A stretch of DNA of 64,000 bases from Candidatus Babeliales bacterium (GTDB lineage Bacteria > Babelota > Babeliae > Babelales > JANWKD01). The first letter of the stretch is position 1, and every line of letters begins with the position of its first letter. A model generated the notes under the pieces. That model searched no databases and had not been told where the DNA came from. It saw only the letters and a program-made list of their open reading frames with translations. The translations under genes were made by a program, and so were the position numbers. The stretch is taken from the NCBI GenBank assembly GCA_963722255.1, contig CAVRJO010000002.1, positions 416,001 through 480,000 of the forward strand. Direction: 5' to 3'. Below, piece after piece: positions 54,614 through 63,793 of the stretch.

Positions 54614-55630
54614 ATGAAAAACTATTTTTTTGCATTATTATTTTTCTTTGCTTGCTGCAAGAGCATGGAACATACTACCGGAAGACTTCCTTCCATTAGA
54701 GAGCAGTTTCCAGAACTTTCCTTTCAACTTCCACCATTAAATTCTGAGACATCAGACATTTTAGCGCACAGTTCACCCCAATTGCTTTCCTTGGCATGCT
54801 ATAATAGAATGGAACAGACCACTGATAGCATGGAAGAGGACACTGAACAACCCGATCAAATACTTCCTTCCATTAGAAAACAGCTTTCAGGTTTTTTCAC
54901 TCAAACTCCACCATTAAATCCTGAACCACAAGACATTTTAGCGCACCGAACATACCTAGCTCCTTATGTTGAAGCATCATATAATTATTCCTTAGAAGAG
55001 ACACCTAATTATCAAGTACAGACACCTCAAGTAAATGAAATCCCCAGCCCTACTGAAGAGCAGTTAACTATTATTCGATACATACCCTCTCCAAAATCAC
55101 CGAACACACTCGCTCCAAACATACCCACTCCAAAATCAGCACAACAATTTTACTGCGCACTCGGATGTGGAGTGTTTTCATTTTGGAGAAAAAGTATAAA
55201 ACTGCATGAACTCGCTCATATCGATGAAAAAAGAATTCGTATTTGCGATGAACCAAATTGCCATGCTGCTTTTAGTGATAATAGTGCACTTACTAGACAT
55301 AAAAATATGCACAGGCCTACACTGCGCTGCCGATTTCAAGGCTGCAATAGAACATTTGCACGAAAGGATAATAGAATAAACCATGAAGAAACACACAAAA
55401 AAAGATCCCTTCAAAAAAGTCTCTTCAAATGTTTAAGATGCAGGGCAAAATTTACAATAGAAGGTGACTACAATAGGCATAATAAACAACGTCATAAAGA
55501 AAATGGCTTTCAATGCATTAGATGCTGTAAAAAACTATTTCATTCTAAAGGTAAATTATGTCAACATTACAATAAAAAGATCCGTAAAGGCATACTAAAA
55601 AAATGTGACGGCAAAATAATTGTTGCATAA
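54614..55630 (+). CDS. Secreted C2H2 zinc-finger protein, paralog of 53334
   Basis: Signal ...CCKSME; colinear with 53334. Confidence 0.9.
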   Translation: MKNYFFALLFFFACCKSMEHTTGRLPSIREQFPELSFQLPPLNSETSDILAHSSPQLLSLACYNRMEQTTDSMEEDTEQPDQILPSIRKQLSGFFTQTPPLNPEPQDILAHRTYLAPYVEASYNYSLEETPNYQVQTPQVNEIPSPTEEQLTIIRYIPSPKSPNTLAPNIPTPKSAQQFYCALGCGVFSFWRKSIKLHELAHIDEKRIRICDEPNCHAAFSDNSALTRHKNMHRPTLRCRFQGCNRTFARKDNRINHEETHKKRSLQKSLFKCLRCRAKFTIEGDYNRHNKQRHKENGFQCIRCCKKLFHSKGKLCQHYNKKIRKGILKKCDGKIIVA

Positions 55631-55659
55631 ATTGTATAGTTAAAAATCAAAACTTTCTT

Positions 55660-56142
55660 TTATGCCAAATCATCAACAACGACTTTTATATCATTGTGAT
55701 GATTCACCGTTAATAGATCTGCAGTACCATCTCCATCAATATCTCCGGCTGCTGCAATAATAAATCCTTCTTTATCGGCTTTAGTTGTCCCTAATGCAGA
55801 TTGCGGCGCTGACAATTTGCCAGTAAAATAGTTTTGTCCTTCTTGGCCTTGATTAAATCCATAGGTGTAATTAAATTTTTCTTGCGCTCCACCACCAGAA
55901 TATCCTTCCGGCTTCCAGCCAATACCATCTTTACCAAGAAGCACAGATGAAAAAGTTCCATTTTCAGCCCAATAAGTCTTTTGTGCAACATATAATGAGC
56001 CTAAATTCATGTAAGCCTCGGCTCGTTTAGCCTTTGAAAGAAATTTTAAGAAACTTGGAACAGAAATCATTGATAAAAAACCTATAATAGCTACCACTAT
56101 CATAAGCTCAATCATAGTAAAACCCTGAATATTTCGCTTCAT
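55660..56142 (-). CDS. Type IV pilin
   Basis: MKRNIQG/FTMIELMIVVAIIGFL prepilin cleavage and methylation motif. Confidence 0.9.
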   Translation of the reverse strand: MKRNIQGFTMIELMIVVAIIGFLSMISVPSFLKFLSKAKRAEAYMNLGSLYVAQKTYWAENGTFSSVLLGKDGIGWKPEGYSGGGAQEKFNYTYGFNQGQEGQNYFTGKLSAPQSALGTTKADKEGFIIAAAGDIDGDGTADLLTVNHHNDIKVVVDDLA

Positions 56143-56451
56143 TGACCCTACCCTAACCCTATAAAGCTTTATTGATATCATGATAGTGTAATGAGGATGC
56201 CTAAAGTCAATAATTTTGAAAAAAATAGATTTTCCCAGGAAAAAGCTTTACTAAAAAGATTAGTGATTTCAAAAGTCATATTCCTATTCATTAAAATGGT
56301 TTTTGACCAACCACTAGAAATATTTTCTATTTGAAACAATCAAAAGCTTTAAACCATCACACATAAAGCTATTTATACCTGTAAAACAGCCGCTTATCAT
56401 TTTTAATCTTTTGTAAATACTAGGCAGGTTTTTTCATATATAATTCAATGT

Positions 56452-56479
56452 TTGACATTTTTAAAAAATATTATACTAT
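56452..56479 (+). promoter_or_regulatory. Candidate sigma70 promoter for the folC-like/atp operon
   Basis: TTGACA-16 bp-TACTAT. Confidence 0.35.
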
Positions 56480-56634
56480 TAAATAGAAGATAGGACCCCA
56501 TCAAAGGCAAACTAAACAAGTTCTATATAATTTAAGTATTCGCTTTCATATTATTACTGCTTACCGGCTAATTAATATCAATCAGCAATAATAAATGAAG
56601 AGGTTTTTTAAATACATTCTATTTTGGAGAAAAA

Positions 56635-58107
56635 ATGGCAACCATAAACAAGCAAGATATAGTAACTAAAACAGCTGCGGCTTTAGGTAAACAAAGAAAT
56701 TATAATGAGGTCGTTGAATTTCTGGACTCTAACTGGGTTCATGAACAACCGACTGAAAAAAGCTTTGCACTTATTACTAAGCTTGACCAAGCTTTAAAAA
56801 GCCCTTCAAAAAGTTTAAACGCTATTTTGATTGGCGGAACTAATGGGAAAGGACTTACCATCCATTTTGCCACAAAACTTTTTCAAGAAGAAAAGATTAG
56901 CTCAGGAGCATTTTATTCACCGCACATTTTGAGCTACAATGAACGTTTTACCATCAACAATGAAACTATTTCAAATAAGACGTTTACCGAGTTGGCAAAT
57001 GATGTTATTAACACCGCTGAAGCACATGGTATTCCTGCAACATCATTTGATATTTTAACCATGATGTCCGTTCTTTATTTCACCTCAAACAACGTTGATG
57101 TTGCTTTGCTTGAAATGAAGAATGATAGTCCTTTTGATCCTACCAATATTTGTAAACCAAATATTTTAGCAATTACTCGTATAACTAACGAAAATATAGC
57201 ACCTAAAAATGATAAAACAGCTGAATATATCAAATATATTCTTCAAGGTGTAAAACCTGGAACCCATGTTATTTCAGGCGATCAAAGCAAATTAAATCTT
57301 CAATTGATGGCTGATCAAGTTGAACTTCACAAGGGTATATGGGAAATGCCAATACGTAAACTTGCACCATTAGCATATCCTTTTGAACAACTTCATGGTC
57401 GCTGCGCTGCACTTGCTGAACGCATTTGCCAAATTTATGTTGACGATTTCCTAAAAGATAGCACCTTGGTTTCTAGCGCAAGCCTTCTTGCAAAACCTAA
57501 AGGGCAACGTGGACGTCCAACCTTACAACGTAAAAAAGAATCATTAGAGAATCCTCAAAGAACACTTGAACAATTCTGGAAAGAAGAATCAAGCACGTTG
57601 GCTGGCCGTTTCCAAGTTTTAGATAAAGAAAAACCAACAATCTTACTTGATAATGCAAGTAATGTTGATGCGTTGAAAAATCTTTTACTAGGTATTAGAT
57701 TAATGCATTATCAAAAACCTTTAAAAGGCTTAGCATTTATCTTTGCTTGTGATAAAAACCAAATAAATGTTGAAGAATTTTTACGACTTCTTAGATACTT
57801 CTCTAAGAAAAATTCAGGACAAATTATTTTCTGCCCTATTGAAAGTAATGTTCCCGGCGTTCAAGAAGAATCATGGGATGTTGAACAAATTATCAACAAT
57901 GTACAAAGACTTGGTGATGCATCAGGATCAGGCAAAGCAACAACTATTGCATTGAAGGTCAAGGCTAAACTTGCTAAGAATTTCGAAGAAGCATACGAAA
58001 TGGCTAAAAAGTCAATTAATGATGAGCGCCATGGATTAATGGTTATTTCCGGTTCTCAATCAATTATTAGCCAATACTGGAAATTTAAAGGCATTAAAAA
58101 AATCTAA
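56635..58107 (+). CDS. Divergent FolC/Mur-ligase-family protein
   Basis: GGTNGKG, FYSPHI.SYNERF, LAGRFQ, ILLDNASN; the usual EVGLGG and DxAHN motifs are altered. Confidence 0.7.
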   Translation: MATINKQDIVTKTAAALGKQRNYNEVVEFLDSNWVHEQPTEKSFALITKLDQALKSPSKSLNAILIGGTNGKGLTIHFATKLFQEEKISSGAFYSPHILSYNERFTINNETISNKTFTELANDVINTAEAHGIPATSFDILTMMSVLYFTSNNVDVALLEMKNDSPFDPTNICKPNILAITRITNENIAPKNDKTAEYIKYILQGVKPGTHVISGDQSKLNLQLMADQVELHKGIWEMPIRKLAPLAYPFEQLHGRCAALAERICQIYVDDFLKDSTLVSSASLLAKPKGQRGRPTLQRKKESLENPQRTLEQFWKEESSTLAGRFQVLDKEKPTILLDNASNVDALKNLLLGIRLMHYQKPLKGLAFIFACDKNQINVEEFLRLLRYFSKKNSGQIIFCPIESNVPGVQEESWDVEQIINNVQRLGDASGSGKATTIALKVKAKLAKNFEEAYEMAKKSINDERHGLMVISGSQSIISQYWKFKGIKKI

Positions 58108-58110
58108 TCT

Positions 58111-58386
58111 ATGATAACATCCATCATTGTTGGTTCACTCTTAGGAATTATATATGGGCTTTCTTTCTTTGTCACAAAGAAGAAAGCCCTTTCTTCTTAT
58201 TCTTCACAGGCGACAGTTCTTCGTGTCGCAGCATTTTCATCTTTTCGTCTTCTTTTTATTTCGTTAATATTTTATTATCTATTGCTACAACATAATCTTA
58301 ATTATATACTGGTTTTGGTATCATTTTTAATTACCTTATGGATCACTGTTATAACTAAGAGCGATATGCGTTTATGGAAGGCTTAG
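58111..58386 (+). CDS. AtpI-like small membrane protein
   Basis: Hydrophobic 91 aa with FRLLFI, directly upstream of and overlapping atpB. Confidence 0.6.
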   Translation: MITSIIVGSLLGIIYGLSFFVTKKKALSSYSSQATVLRVAAFSSFRLLFISLIFYYLLLQHNLNYILVLVSFLITLWITVITKSDMRLWKA

Positions 58387-59117
58387 AAGTTTTTAATGTC
58401 GAACATGTATGGCATCCACTTAAATTGCTTGGCATTGATTCATCTATAATCAGTATCACCATCCCAACTGTCATTAATACGTGGATTGTTTTATTCGTTT
58501 TAACGGGATTTATTCTACTTTTTCGATTACTACTTTATAAAAGTAATGTTGTGACTTTTCTTGTACATTCGTTTGTCGATTCATTTATAGAGCTTTCAGT
58601 TCAATCTTTAGGTAGCTTTAACTACACCCATTTTGCTTTCGTTTTTTCTATTTTTGTGTTTATTCTTTTGTGTAATTGGATTGCTCTCATCCCTTTTGTT
58701 GAAGAACCAACAAAGGATATCAATACAACGCTTGCACTGGGATGCATATCGTTTTTTTATAAAGAATTTTATGCGATAAAAACACATGGCTTTCTTGCCT
58801 ATATTAAAGAATTTTTTCATCCTTTTTTTGTAATGTTTCCACTCAATCTCATAAGCCATTTTTCAAAAATCATTTCAATATCATTTCGCCTTTTTGGAAA
58901 TATCTTTGGTGGTTCAATCATTACTCAAATCTATACGAGTGCAATTTCACTCTCGTTCTTAACTGAACTCTTTGGCTTATTATCAGGAATAAATTTTTTA
59001 GTACTTTCTTTTTTTATCCTTTTTGAAGGCTTAATTCAAGCGTTTGTTTTTACTATGTTAACGCTAACCTATCTTGCTATTGCAGTACAAACTGAGGAAG
59101 AAGAGGCACCCATATAA
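58374..59117 (+). CDS. atpB: F0 ATP synthase subunit a
   Basis: PTKDINTTLAL, SISFRLFGNIFGG, EGLIQAFVFTMLTLTY. Confidence 0.93.
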   Translation: MEGLEVFNVEHVWHPLKLLGIDSSIISITIPTVINTWIVLFVLTGFILLFRLLLYKSNVVTFLVHSFVDSFIELSVQSLGSFNYTHFAFVFSIFVFILLCNWIALIPFVEEPTKDINTTLALGCISFFYKEFYAIKTHGFLAYIKEFFHPFFVMFPLNLISHFSKIISISFRLFGNIFGGSIITQIYTSAISLSFLTELFGLLSGINFLVLSFFILFEGLIQAFVFTMLTLTYLAIAVQTEEEEAPI

Positions 59118-60082
59118 TGGAACATATAAGTTCATTTCTTCATTATGGAACAATCTTGTTTATTATTGGTACTACTTCTCTTGGCACCGGTATTGGTGGC
59201 GGCAAAGCAACCATGAAAGCTCTCGATGCACTTAATTGCTCGCCAACATCTTTTCCTGAAATTTTTAGAGCTCTCATCATAGGCCTTGCTCTTATTGAAA
59301 CAAGTGCAATTTTGGGTATCGTTATGGGACTCATTCTTATTCTCGGGCAACCCCTGCAGGACAACGGAAATCTCTTTATTACGCTGGGTGAAATAGGCAT
59401 TGCATTCGCTTTAGGAATATCAGGAGGACTCGTTGGACTTCTTTCAGCATTACCTGTGCAAGAAGCCGTCTATGCTATTGCTCGGCAACCATTTTTTAGT
59501 AACAAAATTTTAAATACAATGCTTTTAACGCAATCAATTGTTCAAACACCGGTAATTTTTAGTTTTTTAATTGCCTTATTTATTAAAGGACAAATAGGCG
59601 CCGTAACTACCTACGCAAATAGTATACGTTTAGTAGCAAGCGGATTATGCATTGGCATTGGAAGCATAGGGCCAACTATTGGCTTAGCTCGTTTTGCACA
59701 AATTGCTAATAGATGTATAGCATTCAATCGAGAAGCCTATTCAACGCTCATGCCATTCATTTTTGTCAGTCAAGCAATTATCGAAACACCTATAATTTTT
59801 GCTGTGCTTGTTACGATTATTTTATTATTTACGCCAATAAAACCTGATAATGAAACATTAGGGGCGCTATCATGTATTGCGGCAGCATTCTGCGCTGCTC
59901 TTGGTACCTTAGGACCCGGTATTAGTTCCGGCAAAATTGCATCTGCTGCATGCAAGGAAATTGCTTTAAATCATGAAAACAGTTCTATCATTTCTCGAAC
60001 AAGCATTTTGGGACAAGGCATTATCGATGCTGCAGCCATGTATGCTTTACTTGTTGCATTGATTATTATAATTTTGAGGTAA
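59117..60082 (+). CDS. atpE: F0 subunit c-like protein with four fused hairpins
   Basis: Four c-type repeats with carboxylate-site segments IETSAI, VQTPVI, IETPII and IDAAAM; RQP loop in repeat 2. Confidence 0.8.
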   Translation: MEHISSFLHYGTILFIIGTTSLGTGIGGGKATMKALDALNCSPTSFPEIFRALIIGLALIETSAILGIVMGLILILGQPLQDNGNLFITLGEIGIAFALGISGGLVGLLSALPVQEAVYAIARQPFFSNKILNTMLLTQSIVQTPVIFSFLIALFIKGQIGAVTTYANSIRLVASGLCIGIGSIGPTIGLARFAQIANRCIAFNREAYSTLMPFIFVSQAIIETPIIFAVLVTIILLFTPIKPDNETLGALSCIAAAFCAALGTLGPGISSGKIASAACKEIALNHENSSIISRTSILGQGIIDAAAMYALLVALIIIILR

Positions 60083-60166
60083 CATGATTTTACCTTCATA
60101 AATCAATACTGATTCATCGAATTCACGTTAATAAAATTAAAAAATAAAAACGGAGAATGAAGCTTT

Positions 60167-61317
60167 ATGAATACTCATGATACTCATGACTTGCATATAG
60201 TATATATTATTACAAAATTGGAGCTTGGGGGTGCACAAAAAGTTTGTTTATCTCTTTTTGAAGGCCTCAAACAATCTGGATACTCCTCAATGCTCATTTC
60301 AGGCACACAAGGACCTCTAGCAGAAGAAGTAAAACACAATCCTTTTGTCTATCTTTTACCCACGCTAACACGAGAAATTTCTTTTATTAGCATTTACAAC
60401 GAAATAAAAACCTTTTTGCACCTTATACACTATCTAAAAGAACTCAAAAAAAAATATCCGCAGCTTATTGTTCACACTCATAGCACAAAGGCAGGAGTTG
60501 TTGGCCGCTGGGCTGCTTTTTTTCAGGAATTAAACAACGTGTTCATACCATTCATGGCTATGCTTTTCACGCGCATCAATCATATTGCGTGTGGTTAATG
60601 ATCTATTTTCTTGAATTGATTACAAGCTTCATAACAACACGTTTTGTTTGCGTCTCATCAGCAGATGTACAAACCGGCATACGATTGTTCCCATTTTTCA
60701 AAAATAAATATTCTATTATTCGTGCTGCTGTTGATTGGGACCAGTTTACAACAATAACTTTTCCTCCTAAGCAAACCCCACAAGATCTCTTTATTATAGG
60801 AACCATTGCCTGCTTTAAAAAACAAAAAAATCTCACTGATCTTATTAAATCATTTCATAGCGCATATCGCGCTAATAAAAATCTGCGATTAGAAATAATA
60901 GGCGATGGAATAATGCGAAATGAAATTGAACAACTCATTAATTTGTATGAAATTCAAGATGTCGTTATACTCCATGGTTGGCAAAAAAATGTCGTTCCTT
61001 TTATGCAATCATGGCATGCCTTTGCCTTAACTTCATTATGGGAAGGACTGCCATGCGCAATAATCGAAGCACGGCTTTTAAAACTTCCAATTCTTGCTTA
61101 TGATACGGGCGGCATTCATGATGTTATAATTAACAAAAAAAATGGCTTTCTTTATGCTCAAAAAGATTGGAGAAGTTTAGCAGAAGGAATGTTAGAGTTA
61201 AGCATCAATAAAGAGCTTTATAATAACATGCGAAATTATAATGAAAATCTACTCGATTATCATGCAACAACGATGATTAATAATCATATTGCATTATATA
61301 AAGAATTAGCTAATTGA
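60167..61317 (+). CDS. GT4-family glycosyltransferase (one frameshift near 60520)
   Basis: LELGGAQK, VHTHSTKAGVVGR, TSLWEGLPCAIIEA. Confidence 0.9.
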
Positions 61318-61599
61318 AAGATGTATTTTTTTTCCTAATACTTGTGCTGCTTTTAAAAGAGTATGGAGTGTAAGCGAAGTATTGTTGGGATTAAGTAAAC
61401 GGCTTATCGCTGCTTTGCTCGTTCCCATTTTTTTAGCTAAATCTGCTTGCGTTAAATTTTGTTCAATTAAAAGATCATTAAGTTGAAAAGCAATAATTCT
61501 TTTAAGAGCTACAGCCTGCGTATGCTCTAATATACCTTCTTGTGCAAGAAAACTATCGAGTGTTGATCCATAATGGGGATTATTATTACGAGTAACCAT
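61306..61599 (-). CDS. XRE-family HTH antitoxin
   Basis: NPHYGSTLDSFL, LTQADLAKKMGTSKAAISRLLNP..SLTL.TL. Confidence 0.85.
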   Translation of the reverse strand: MVTRNNNPHYGSTLDSFLAQEGILEHTQAVALKRIIAFQLNDLLIEQNLTQADLAKKMGTSKAAISRLLNPNNTSLTLHTLLKAAQVLGKKIHLSIS

Positions 61600-61605
61600 A
61601 AGTTC

Positions 61606-61740
61606 CTATCTTTTTTTTTCTTTTTGTAGCGGTTTCAATTTCATTTTGAGGAGTTTTTTGAGTTTTTTTAACCATTGCTTAACAGGTTCTTTGCCTGAAT
61701 CTTCTTGATAAAAAATTATAGTATATGTTGGTTTAGTCAT
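61606..61740 (-). pseudogene. RelE/Gp49-like toxin remnant with an internal deletion
   Basis: N-terminal MTKPTYTIIFYQEDSGKEPVKQWLK joined out of frame to C-terminal KKTQKTPQNEIETATKRK. Confidence 0.75.
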
Positions 61741-61793
61741 ACTAAAAAATAACCTTATGAAAAACAGCTCTACAACTTACTATTTTATAAAAA

Positions 61794-61813
61794 TGTTATC
61801 ATTTTTGGTAACA
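61794..61813. promoter_or_regulatory. Palindromic candidate TA operator
   Basis: tgttatca-tttt-tggtaaca upstream of the toxin remnant. Confidence 0.45.
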
Positions 61814-62014
61814 ATAATCAATAGTTAAACCCATAATTAATAACATAAGTAACAAAAAATAGTTTAAAACTCTTGTTATTCTTTGATAAAAAATCTTTAC
61901 AATTTGAAATAAAATGCTGTATTATTAAGAATAAGAGACATATATAAAAAAAAATATACCTATAAAACAGTAATCTTAATTGGCCAATACCTATAGAGAA
62001 AATGGGGAAAACTT

Positions 62015-62479
62015 ATGAAAAATTTTAAAATAATAACATTCACGCTTATACTAATGAGCCAATATTATGCGCTACAAGCTGGACCATGCATACGTCTTGC
62101 TAAGGAACTTTCCAGCAAACAAGGTATAACCGAATCTCCAAAAAGATCATTCGCTACCTGGGGCACCTTAGAGGTTCAAGCATCAAAACCAAGCTATTTG
62201 CGATCAAGCCCGGCCAAATATTTTTCTACATCTGAAGCAAAAAGAAAATCGCATGCATTTCAAACCAGTCCTCGAGAGTCTTTCAAGCCTAGCAAAGAAG
62301 TCGCTGCATTGAGAAAAAGACAAAAACAGCTTCAAAAAGACTTAGTTGAAATCAACAAATTGATTCGAGAATATAAAGAATATAAAAAGAGAGCAAAACA
62401 AGAAAAAATTGAACCATCACATGAGAAATTATTTAAAGATAAATTTGAAACCGCAGAAAAAGAAGAAGAGATCAAATAA
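62015..62479 (+). CDS. Secreted basic protein with coiled coil (array member 1)
   Basis: Signal MKNFKII...ALQA, Ser/Lys/Arg-rich segment, C-terminus AEKEEEIK similar to that of the next gene. Confidence 0.8.
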   Translation: MKNFKIITFTLILMSQYYALQAGPCIRLAKELSSKQGITESPKRSFATWGTLEVQASKPSYLRSSPAKYFSTSEAKRKSHAFQTSPRESFKPSKEVAALRKRQKQLQKDLVEINKLIREYKEYKKRAKQEKIEPSHEKLFKDKFETAEKEEEIK

Positions 62480-62482
62480 TTA

Positions 62483-63793
62483 ATTTTATTAACCATTAGT
62501 TAAAAAAATTGGTGAGAGAGAAACAATGAAACATAGTAAAGGGAGAGAAACAATGAAACATTTAAAAATAATAGCACTACTGCTCATTGTAATAAGTCAG
62601 ACGTTTATGCTGCAATCAGCATATCGAAGAGCTGGAGCAACGGGAGCACGAGGCTACTTTTCAAGAACAGGTGGTGCAGCAAGATCATTAACAACCGAAA
62701 CTGGCGCGATATCAAGAACACCAATAACGTGCCCAAACGTCGGTTCCCGATCATTTATGAGCGGACGTTTTCCGGAAACACCCTTAAGAGTTAGAGCTTA
62801 TAAATTTGGAAAACAAGCTGGTGAACAGGCTCGTGAATTTGCCGGGAAACATCGTGGAAAATTGTGGGTTGCTGGTACAGCCGGTGCTGGATATGGGGCT
62901 GGAAAGGCAATACAAAAACATCAAGAAAATGCCGCTCGAGCTCAAATCTATTTAGGTAGTTTTGAAGACTTGATAAATTCATATAATAAAGAAAGAGATG
63001 AAGCGGAAATGATTGAGCTTATTAAAGACTTACAGGAAGTGGGCGGAATCAATACAGGAAATGAGCCCTGGGGACATACGCTTCTTAGAATGGTAATTGA
63101 GGCTAATAGGTTAACAGAAGCTGATAGAGAGGCGATTCTTACATTGGCTATTGAACATGGCGCTCGACCAAAAGAAGTTGAACTTAAAAAAGCATTAGGT
63201 TTAACAGAATATGAGTCTATACCATATGAACGAAGTGGACTTTATAAATTAAACCCTAAGAATAACGTCTTGAAGATTATTTTACCACTTTATGATCAAA
63301 AAACATCGTTGAAGATTATTGACTTGGCTAAAGCTAGAATCAGTAATATTAAGCATGATGTAAGATATCAATCAGAAGAATCGAAAAAAAGAGCACTATC
63401 TACTATAGAAACCTTTAGAGAACTAAAAAATATTGCAGAAGAAAATCTTAATAAACGTAGATTACGCAGCTTAGCAACAACAGGAAAAGAGGAAGCTGAA
63501 TTAAAATAAGCAATTTATATTAAGAAATTATATTTTATTAACCATTAGTTAAAAAAATTGGTGAGAGAGAAACAATGAAACATAGTAAAGGGAGAGAAAC
63601 AATGAAACATTTAAAAATAATAGCACTACTGCTCATAGTAATGAGTCAGACGTTTATGCTGCAATCAGCATATCGAAGAGCTGGCGCAACCGCAACGCGT
63701 GGCTACTTTTCAAGAACAAGCGGTGCAGCAAGATCATTAACAACCGAAACTGGCGCGATATCAAGAACACCAGTAAGTTGCCCTAATGTAGGT
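62483..63793 (+). repeat. About 260-bp direct repeat (62483-62744 vs 63532-63793) covering the intergenic region and leader of array genes
   Basis: attttattaaccattagttaaaaaaattggtgagagagaaacaatgaaacatagtaaagggagagaaacaatg... occurs twice. Confidence 0.9.
62553..63509 (+). CDS. Secreted protein with Arg-rich leader, Gly/Ala hydrophobic segment and ankyrin-like motif (array member 2)
   Basis: MKHLKIIALLLIVISQTFMLQS; WGHTLL...LAIEHGA; an alternative in-frame ATG at 62526 arises from a short duplication. Confidence 0.82.
   Translation: MKHLKIIALLLIVISQTFMLQSAYRRAGATGARGYFSRTGGAARSLTTETGAISRTPITCPNVGSRSFMSGRFPETPLRVRAYKFGKQAGEQAREFAGKHRGKLWVAGTAGAGYGAGKAIQKHQENAARAQIYLGSFEDLINSYNKERDEAEMIELIKDLQEVGGINTGNEPWGHTLLRMVIEANRLTEADREAILTLAIEHGARPKEVELKKALGLTEYESIPYERSGLYKLNPKNNVLKIILPLYDQKTSLKIIDLAKARISNIKHDVRYQSEESKKRALSTIETFRELKNIAEENLNKRRLRSLATTGKEEAELK

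Noticed and set aside
56495..56560. c-di-GMP-I riboswitch suggested by aaaggcaaac
   Set aside because: The downstream GACGCAAAGC element and paired stems are absent.
62290..62400. Resemblance of the 62015 coiled coil to mitochondrial ATPase inhibitor IF1
   Set aside because: Only generic coiled-coil similarity; the conserved IF1 inhibitory segment is not recognisable.
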